From assembly GCA_902782635.1 (NCBI GenBank), contig CACZNT010000058.1, positions 4,173 to 28,172 on the forward strand: 24,000 nt of DNA, read 5' to 3'. The position numbers and the translations under genes are program-made. The stretch's first letter is position 1, and each line of letters begins with the position of its first letter. This DNA comes from an uncultured Coriobacteriaceae bacterium (lineage in GTDB: Bacteria; Actinomycetota; Coriobacteriia; Coriobacteriales; Atopobiaceae). Positions 8,565 through 14,180 of this stretch are shown here, one piece after another. A model generated the notes under the pieces. It ran no database searches. It was not told the DNA's origin and saw only the letters and a program-made list of their open reading frames with translations.

Positions 8565-9240
8565 CCATCATCTGAGTGAAGCTCGTCTGGCGCTCCTCGG
8601 CGGGCAGGCTCTCGCCGCGCATCGGGATGTCGGAGATGGTGAAGATGCCCAGCGCACGCTTGCCGGCGGCCGCAGCGTTCATGTAGAGGCCGGCCGACTC
8701 CATCTCGACGGCCAGGCAGCCCATGTCCGCCCAGCGCTTGTGCCAGTCGTCGGGGCAGTAGAAGACGTCGCTCGAGACGATGTTGCCCACGCGAACGTTG
8801 ACGCCCAGCTGCTCGCCCGCGTCGACGGCCTTGCGCAGGAGGTCGAAATCGGCGAGGGGCGCGAAGGTGCCCGGCAGGTCGAACTGGCTCGCGAAGTTTG
8901 AGTCGGTGGAGGCGCCCTGCGCGATGACGACGTCGCGCAGCTGGACCTCGTCGCCCAGGCCGCCCGCCGTGCCGATGCGGATGATGGCGTCGACGTCGTA
9001 GTTGTGGAAGAGCTCCCACGAGTAGATGCCGATGGAGGGGATGCCCATGCCCGACCCCATCACCGAGATGCGCGTGCCCTCGTAGGTGCCGGTGAAGCCG
9101 AACATGTTGCGCACCTCGTTGAACTGCTTGACGTCCTCGAGGTAGTTGTCGGCCACGTACTTGGCGCGCAGCGGGTCGCCCGGCATGAGGACGACCTTGG
9201 CAATCTGGCCCTTCTTGGCTGCGTTGTGCGGTGTTGCCAT
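8524..9240 (-). CDS. deoD: purine nucleoside phosphorylase, DeoD type
   Basis: 238 aa. MATPHNAAKKGQIAKVVLMPGDPLRAKYVA...GFTGTYEGTRISVMGSGMGIPS...VEMESAGLY is the classic hexameric PNP pattern. RBS GGAGGGATAGC. The start lies 1 nt after the deoB stop. Confidence 0.93.
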   Translation of the reverse strand: MATPHNAAKKGQIAKVVLMPGDPLRAKYVADNYLEDVKQFNEVRNMFGFTGTYEGTRISVMGSGMGIPSIGIYSWELFHNYDVDAIIRIGTAGGLGDEVQLRDVVIAQGASTDSNFASQFDLPGTFAPLADFDLLRKAVDAGEQLGVNVRVGNIVSSDVFYCPDDWHKRWADMGCLAVEMESAGLYMNAAAAGKRALGIFTISDIPMRGESLPAEERQTSFTQMMEVALATAVASQRD

Positions 9241-9241
9241 G

Positions 9242-10432
9242 CTATCCCTCCAAAATCTCGTGTAGATGCGACTGGCCCACGCCCAGCTGCGGGGCGCCCA
9301 GGTACTCCAGGATGGTCTCGGCCATGTCCGCGAAGGTGGGGAGCGTGCCCAGGTCGACGCCGGAGCGCACCTTGGGGCCCACGATGAGCCAGGGGACGTA
9401 CTCGCGCGAGTGGTCGGTCGACGGGGTGACGGGGTCGCAGCCGTGGTCGGCCGTGATCATGAGCAGGTCGTCATCGCGCAGCTTCGGCAGCATCTCGTCG
9501 AGCTTGGCGTCGAAGTAGGAGATGGCCTCGGCATAGCCGTCCGCATCGTTTCGGTGGCCGTAGATCATGTCGGTGTCCACCAGGTTGGTGAAGCAGAGGC
9601 CCTCGAAGTCGCGGTCCATCCATTCGATGGTGCGCTCGATGCCATCGGCGTTGCCGGCGGTGAGCACGTGGTCGGTCATGCCGCGATGGGCGAAGATGTC
9701 CCAGATCTTGCCCACCGAGAGCACGTCCTTGCCCTGCTCCTTGAGGACGTCGAGCATGGTGGGGCCGGTGGGCTCGAGGGAGAAGTCGTGGCGGTTGAAG
9801 GTGCGCTCGAAATTGGGCCACTCGCCGATGAACGGGCGGGCGATGACGCGGGCGACGCCGTGCTCGCCCGCGAGGATCTCGCGCGCCTGGCGGCAGTACT
9901 CGTAGAGCTGCTCGGGCGGGACGAGGTCCTCGTGCGCGGCAATCTGGAAGACGGAGTCGGCCGAGGTGTAGACGATGAGCGCGCCCGTCTCGAGGTGCTC
10001 GCGGCCGTAGTCGTGGATGACCTGCGTGCCCGAGTAGGGCTTGTTGCAGAGGGCTTTGCGTCCGGTGGCCTTCTCGAAGGCCTCGATGACCTCGGGCGGG
10101 AAGCCGTCAGGATAGGTGGGGAACGGCTTGGGCGAGAGGACGCCCGCCATCTCCCAGTGGCCGACGGTGGTGTCCTTGCCGGCCGAGGCCTCCTGCATGC
10201 GCGCGAAGGCGCCCTCCGGATGGTCGACCGGGGCGAGCGAGTGCTCGTAGGGCGAGTCGAGCGCGCCCTCGACGTTGCACAGGCCGAGGCGGGTCATGTT
10301 GGGGATGTTCATCTTGGGGCTGGTGCCGCAGGCGCACAGGGTATTCGATCCCTCGTCGCCCCATGCGGCGGCGTCGGGTGCCTCGCCGCAGCCGAAGCTG
10401 TCGAGCACCACGACGAACACGCGCTTTGCCAT
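9242..10432 (-). CDS. deoB: phosphopentomutase
   Basis: 396 aa. N-terminus VVLDSFGCGEAPDA, and ITADHGCDP metal-binding motifs. RBS AGGAGGTAGCTT lies before the ATG at 10432. Confidence 0.93.
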   Translation of the reverse strand: MAKRVFVVVLDSFGCGEAPDAAAWGDEGSNTLCACGTSPKMNIPNMTRLGLCNVEGALDSPYEHSLAPVDHPEGAFARMQEASAGKDTTVGHWEMAGVLSPKPFPTYPDGFPPEVIEAFEKATGRKALCNKPYSGTQVIHDYGREHLETGALIVYTSADSVFQIAAHEDLVPPEQLYEYCRQAREILAGEHGVARVIARPFIGEWPNFERTFNRHDFSLEPTGPTMLDVLKEQGKDVLSVGKIWDIFAHRGMTDHVLTAGNADGIERTIEWMDRDFEGLCFTNLVDTDMIYGHRNDADGYAEAISYFDAKLDEMLPKLRDDDLLMITADHGCDPVTPSTDHSREYVPWLIVGPKVRSGVDLGTLPTFADMAETILEYLGAPQLGVGQSHLHEILEG

Positions 10433-10549
10433 AAGCTACCTCCTGTAATGGGATGGCGTTCCTTCACGTTTGACACCGACGATGATACCCAAATTGCGGG
10501 CAGGCCCCACGACCGTCTCGACAGACGTGCCGGCCTGCCGACGACGATG

Positions 10550-10600
10550 CCGCAAGTGCGCGTTAGCCGCCCCCGCCCGCCCCCGCCAACGCGCACCTGC
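10550..10600. repeat. 51-bp hairpin-forming repeat, copy A, in the deoB/psuK divergent control region
   Basis: ccgcaaGTGCGCGTTAGC-cgcccccgcccgccccc-GCCAACGCGCACctgc. The 12-bp arms (10556-10567 and 10585-10596) have one mismatch and enclose a 17-nt C-rich loop. Confidence 0.9.
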
Positions 10601-10644
10601 GCTCCCCCGTGCCCGGTCAGGGGCCCGCCGTCGCCGAAATCGCC

Positions 10645-10695
10645 CCGCAAGTGCGCGTTAGCCGCCCCCGCCCGCCCCTGCCAACGCGCACCTGC
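10645..10695. repeat. 51-bp hairpin-forming repeat, copy B; overlaps the -35 region of the psuK promoter candidate
   Basis: Identical to copy A except C10584 versus T10679. The offset is exactly 95 bp. It ends 12 nt before the TGcGATACT box. Confidence 0.9.
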
Positions 10696-10704
10696 CGCCT
10701 CACG

Positions 10705-10713
10705 TGCGATACT
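10705..10713 (+). promoter_or_regulatory. candidate extended -10 box (TGcGATACT) for psuK-psuG
   Basis: It lies 18 nt upstream of the ATG at 10732, just ahead of the RBS AGGAGGAAGCC, which would give a very short leader. Confidence 0.3.
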
Positions 10714-10731
10714 GTTAGCCAGGAGGAAGCC

Positions 10732-11646
10732 ATGCATGACCCTGCCTCATACGTCGTCGTCATAGGCGCCGCGAACATGGACATCGCCGGCAAGGCGGGC
10801 GGTGCGCTCGTCGCCCACGATTCCAACCTGGGCACGGTCCGCATGTCGTATGGCGGGGTGGGGCGAAACATCGCCCACAACCTGGCGCTCCTGGGATGCG
10901 AGGTCCACCTCGTCGCGCCGTTTGGCGAGGACGCGCTGGCCGACGAGCTCACGCGCGGCTGCCTCGACGCCGGCATCCACATGGAGCACTCGTTTCGCGT
11001 GAACGGCGCGGCCACGTCCACCTACCTCTACATAATGGATGCGGACGGCGAGATGCAGGTGGCCATCAACGACATGGACATCGTCTCCCAGATCACCCGC
11101 GAGCGCATCGAGGAGCGGCTCGACCTCATCCAAGGCGCGCAGGTGTGCGTCGTGGATGCGAACCTCGAGCCCGAGGTGCTGTCCTGGATCTGCGACCACG
11201 TGAGCGTCCCCATCTTCTCCGACCCCATCTCCTGCGCGAAGGCGCCGCGCCTGCAGGGCGTGATCGGACGGTTGCACAGCCTCAAGCCCAACCACATCGA
11301 GGCGGAGTTCCTCACCGGCTGCGCCGAGCCCGAGGACGCGGCGCGCAAGCTGCTGGAGACGGGCCTCGAGCGGGCGTTCGTGTCGCATGGGGCGAAGGGC
11401 CTCGTGTGCGCGCAAGGCGACGTGGTGGTGCGTCTGGGTCGGGCGCCGGGCACGGTGGCGAACGCCACGGGGGCGGGTGACGCCATGATGGCCGGGCTCA
11501 TCTGGGCCCACCTCGAGGGCATGGAGCTTGTGGATGCCGGGCGCGCCGGGCTGGCGGCCGCGGCCATCTGCATTGAGAGTGATCAGACGGTGAGTCCCGC
11601 GATGAGCGCGGCGGCACTCGTCGAGCGAATGGGAGGAATCAAATGA
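10732..11646 (+). CDS. psuK: PfkB-family carbohydrate kinase, probable pseudouridine kinase
   Basis: Start re-derived to MHDPASYVVVIGAANMDIAGK (RBS AGGAGGA). The C-terminal PfkB motif NATGAGDAMMAG is present. The gene is translationally coupled (ATGA) to psuG. The 41-codon extension in the track ORF runs through the repeats. Confidence 0.8.
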   Translation: MHDPASYVVVIGAANMDIAGKAGGALVAHDSNLGTVRMSYGGVGRNIAHNLALLGCEVHLVAPFGEDALADELTRGCLDAGIHMEHSFRVNGAATSTYLYIMDADGEMQVAINDMDIVSQITRERIEERLDLIQGAQVCVVDANLEPEVLSWICDHVSVPIFSDPISCAKAPRLQGVIGRLHSLKPNHIEAEFLTGCAEPEDAARKLLETGLERAFVSHGAKGLVCAQGDVVVRLGRAPGTVANATGAGDAMMAGLIWAHLEGMELVDAGRAGLAAAAICIESDQTVSPAMSAAALVERMGGIK

Positions 11647-12575
11647 GCCTGAACGAGCGGAACCTGAACGAGCACCTGGAGATGTCGGCGGAGGTCGCCG
11701 AGGCACTGGCGGCCGGGAAGCCGGTGGTGGCGCTGGAGTCCACCATCATCAGCCACGGCATGCCCTATCCGCAGAACGTGGAGACGGCTCTCGAGGTGGA
11801 GCGCATCGTGCGCGAGAACGGCGCCGTGCCCGCCACGGTGGCCGTGATCGGCGGCAAGCTGCGCGCCGGCCTCACGCCCGACGAGATCGACTACCTGGGA
11901 CGGCGCGGTCGCGAGGTGATCAAGGCGAGCCGACGCGACCTCCCGGTGCTGGTGGCGCGCAAGCAGGACGGCGCCACCACCGTGGCGGCGACGATGATCA
12001 TCGCGGCGCTGGCGGGCATCTCGGTGTTCTCCACCGGCGGCATCGGCGGCGTCCACCGGGGCGCCGAGACCACGATGGACATCTCGGCCGACCTCGAGGA
12101 GCTCGCGGAGACGCCGGTGATGGTGGTGTGCGCGGGCGCGAAGTCGATCCTCGACCTCGGGCTCACGCTCGAGTACCTGGAGACCAAGGGCGTGCCGGTG
12201 CTGGGCTATGGCACCGACGAGCTGCCGGCCTTCTACACGAGGCAGAGCGGCTTCGGCGTCGACTATCGCGTGGACACGCCCGCCGAGCTCGCGGCCATCT
12301 TCGCCGCCCAGCGCTCGATGGGATACCCCGGCGGCATGCTCGTCACCAACCCCATCCCCGAGGAATACTCCATGGACAAGGCGCGCATCGACGAGGTGAT
12401 CGAGCAGGCGCTGGCCGAGTGCGACGAGCGTGGCATCCACGGCAAGGAGACCACGCCCTTCCTGCTGGCGCGCATCGCCGAGATCACCGGCAACGACAGC
12501 CTCGACTCAAACATCCAGCTGGTCTTCAACAACGTCGCCCTCGGCGCGCAGATCGCCTCCGCCCTCGCCGGCTAG
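11643..12575 (+). CDS. psuG: pseudouridine-5'-phosphate glycosidase
   Basis: 310 aa. ALESTIISHGMPYPQN and GGIGGVHRGAETTMDISADLEEL are hallmark motifs of the PsuG/YeiN (IndA-like) family. RBS GGGAGGAATCAA. Confidence 0.9.
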   Translation: MSLNERNLNEHLEMSAEVAEALAAGKPVVALESTIISHGMPYPQNVETALEVERIVRENGAVPATVAVIGGKLRAGLTPDEIDYLGRRGREVIKASRRDLPVLVARKQDGATTVAATMIIAALAGISVFSTGGIGGVHRGAETTMDISADLEELAETPVMVVCAGAKSILDLGLTLEYLETKGVPVLGYGTDELPAFYTRQSGFGVDYRVDTPAELAAIFAAQRSMGYPGGMLVTNPIPEEYSMDKARIDEVIEQALAECDERGIHGKETTPFLLARIAEITGNDSLDSNIQLVFNNVALGAQIASALAG

Positions 12576-12623
12576 CGAGGTCCGCCTCGCGTGACAGATG
12601 GGGACAGTCCCCAAGTGTCACGC
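12575..12623. repeat. small hairpin plus a type-A palindromic repeat between convergent genes; likely terminator function
   Basis: GCGAGG-tccg-CCTCGC at 12575-12590, then GTGACAgatGGGGACaGTCCCCaagTGTCACgc at 12591-12623. Confidence 0.85.
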
Positions 12624-12642
12624 GCAAGGGGCAGGCCGACTA

Positions 12643-13869
12643 TCACATTCCCAGGACGTCGGGCCAGGCGGAGCTGAGGCCGGCGCGCTCGATGAGGTCG
12701 GCCGTTGCCGGCGAATCGCCCGTGAGCATGTACGAAATCGCGGGCAGCTCCTCCCATGAGGCCAGCTTGTCCCGCTGCTCGTCCGAAAGACCCTCGTAGC
12801 TGCGCAGACAACCCTTGAGACCGTCGAGCAGGGGCAGCGCCGCCGTGCCGCGACGGCTGCGCATGCAGGTCGTGCTCGCGCCCGGGCCCTCCGCGTCGCG
12901 CTCGGCCTTGGCGAGCAGCACCCCGCGCATGATCCAGAGGAAGATGGGAAGTATCAGGCTCAGCAGGAAGAGGGTGCGCATGTTCGACGCGCTCGAGGCG
13001 AAGAGCGTGAGCACCGAAAGTCCCAGGCCCAGGCCGTCGGCACGCGCCGCCGCGAACGCCTCCTGGCTCGCCGGCGACGACACCGTCATGATGACGAGCA
13101 CCGCGCCCAGGCCGAGGATGATGACGTTCTGCAGCCAGCCGCCACGCCAGGGGTCGCCGCCCACCCGCTGCGTGGCCGCCTTGAGCATCGGCGTGGCGAG
13201 CGCGTCCCCCTCGGCCAGGATCAGCCACTCCTCCGTCTGATCCTCGTCGAGCGGCCCCTGCTCCAGCTTGCGCACCAGGTAGAGCTCGGCGGGCGTGAGC
13301 ACGTCGTCGAGGGGGTCCACGTCGGCCGGCCTGCGCGCGGCGATGCGCTGCTCCATGGAGGTGCGTCGCTTGGCGACGGTCTTCTTGCCATCCGGCGCCA
13401 CGTGCTTGCCGGGGAGCACCTCGAGCCCCTCGTCTCCGAGCCGGATGATGCCCTGCCGCTCGAGGTCGAGCAGCGTGGCCACCGCGGCGGCGCGAGCGTC
13501 GGCGTGGAGGTTGTCGAGGAGGCCCACCGCGAGCGGGGTGAGGCCGGAGAGGCGCTTCTTGCAGCTGTCGAGGTCGGCGTCGACGTCGAAGGTCGCCTCG
13601 CCGCGCGCCTCGTGGAGCTTCGGACCCCACACGCGCTGCCAGGCAACCCAGGCAACGCCCAGCAGGATGAGACCGCCGATAATGAGGAAGAGCGTGGACG
13701 CGAACGTCGCCCGATTGGGGTCGCCTGCGCGCTCGGAGATGTCGACGGCGGCACGCTCGCACATGGGCAGCGCGACGAGAACGTACGGGACCAGCACGAG
13801 AACCACGAGGTAGCGGGCGTAGCGCCACATGGTGGACCCGCCCGCACCAGCCTGCTTGGTTGATGCCAC
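12643..13869 (-). CDS. hypothetical polytopic membrane protein (about 5 TM helices, ~170-aa cytoplasmic insert, ~100-aa C-terminal tail); no family recognised
   Basis: High GC3 in this frame. Hydrophobic helices include YLVVLVLVPYVLVALP, LFLIIGGLILLGVAWVAW, NVIILGLGAVLVIMTV and LFLLSLILPIFLWIM. GTG at 13869 follows the RBS GAGGAGAGGAGCAATC and a GATAAT box at 13897-13902. The ATG at 13830 is an alternative start. The track start at 14196 runs through the repeat and the mgtA promoter. Confidence 0.65.
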   Translation of the reverse strand: MASTKQAGAGGSTMWRYARYLVVLVLVPYVLVALPMCERAAVDISERAGDPNRATFASTLFLIIGGLILLGVAWVAWQRVWGPKLHEARGEATFDVDADLDSCKKRLSGLTPLAVGLLDNLHADARAAAVATLLDLERQGIIRLGDEGLEVLPGKHVAPDGKKTVAKRRTSMEQRIAARRPADVDPLDDVLTPAELYLVRKLEQGPLDEDQTEEWLILAEGDALATPMLKAATQRVGGDPWRGGWLQNVIILGLGAVLVIMTVSSPASQEAFAAARADGLGLGLSVLTLFASSASNMRTLFLLSLILPIFLWIMRGVLLAKAERDAEGPGASTTCMRSRRGTAALPLLDGLKGCLRSYEGLSDEQRDKLASWEELPAISYMLTGDSPATADLIERAGLSSAWPDVLGM

Positions 13870-13896
13870 GATTGCTCCTCTCCTCTTGATGCGAGG

Positions 13897-13902
13897 ATTA
13901 TC
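13897..13902 (-). promoter_or_regulatory. candidate -10 box (GATAAT) for the membrane-protein gene
   Basis: The minus strand reads GGGGGATAATCC, ending 27 nt upstream of the GTG at 13869. Confidence 0.25.
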
Positions 13903-13934
13903 CCCCATCCCGCCATCGCGCGCCCGGCAGACAT

Positions 13935-13987
13935 GTGACAGATGGGGAATGTCCCCAAGTGTCACGCAGACCTGTCCCCTTTGGCAT
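13935..13987. repeat. type-A palindromic repeat plus a type-B half-site
   Basis: GTGACAgatGGGGAatGTCCCCaagTGTCACgc at 13935-13967, followed by agACCTGTCCCCTTTGGCAT at 13968-13987. Confidence 0.85.
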
Positions 13988-14010
13988 ATCGCGCTGCGGT
14001 GGGGTGGGTT

Positions 14011-14019
14011 TGGTAGAAT
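14011..14019 (+). promoter_or_regulatory. candidate extended -10 promoter (TGgTAGAAT) for the mgtA leader
   Basis: tttGGTAGAATg lies ~160 nt upstream of the mgtA ATG. No good -35 at 17 nt. Confidence 0.35.
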
Positions 14020-14054
14020 GTAGCTGCCGAAAGCACACCCGAAGGAGGTGACCC

Positions 14055-14114
14055 ATGGACGCCGATAGTTGCAAATACGCCGCATCACGCAGCGCCATGG
14101 GTGCCGCCCGCTAA
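14055..14114 (+). CDS. candidate leader peptide ORF (19 codons, MDADSCKYAASRSAMGAAR) in the mgtA 5' leader
   Basis: The near-perfect SD GAAGGAGGTG (14041-14050) lies 4 nt before the ATG at 14055. The stop TAA is at 14112-14114, 66 nt before the mgtA ATG. The ORF is too short for the ORF track. Coding status is unproven. Confidence 0.3.
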   Translation: MDADSCKYAASRSAMGAAR

Positions 14115-14180
14115 CGCAATCCCCGCACGTCATCCATGGCCTGCCCGAACCGCGCCCGCATGCCGGGAGGGGAGGTCGCC

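Noticed and set aside
8465-10695. The ~50-bp direct repeats at 8465-8564 and at 10550/10645 as possible CRISPR arrays.
   Set aside because: - Each has only two copies.
- The first pair is directly tandem with no spacer and overlaps a CDS end.
- The second pair has a single 44-bp gap.
- There are no cas genes in the window.
12572-13828. Same-strand alternative frame ORF (418 aa) overlapping the membrane-protein gene.
   Set aside because: - The translation is R/P/G/A-rich (runs such as RRRRPRQLQEAP.. and PPRRRSRRRGG) with no hydrophobic segments.
- The competing frame (12643..13869) has G/C at almost every third position in the stretch I read, TM helices, an RBS and a -10 box.
14020-14180. Possible M-box (ykoK) Mg2+ riboswitch in the mgtA leader, because of fragments such as gtagctgccgaaagc and ggacgccgatagttgcaa.
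   Set aside because: - There are only loose resemblances to GCUGCUGCCCAAAAAUG and AGACGCUAAUGGGUCAACA.
- The conserved GGUGAGGCU 5' element and the ACAGUGCUAAAGCUC 3' element are not visible.
- I cannot build the P1-P6 architecture by eye.
- A cmscan would be decisive; until then it is not called.
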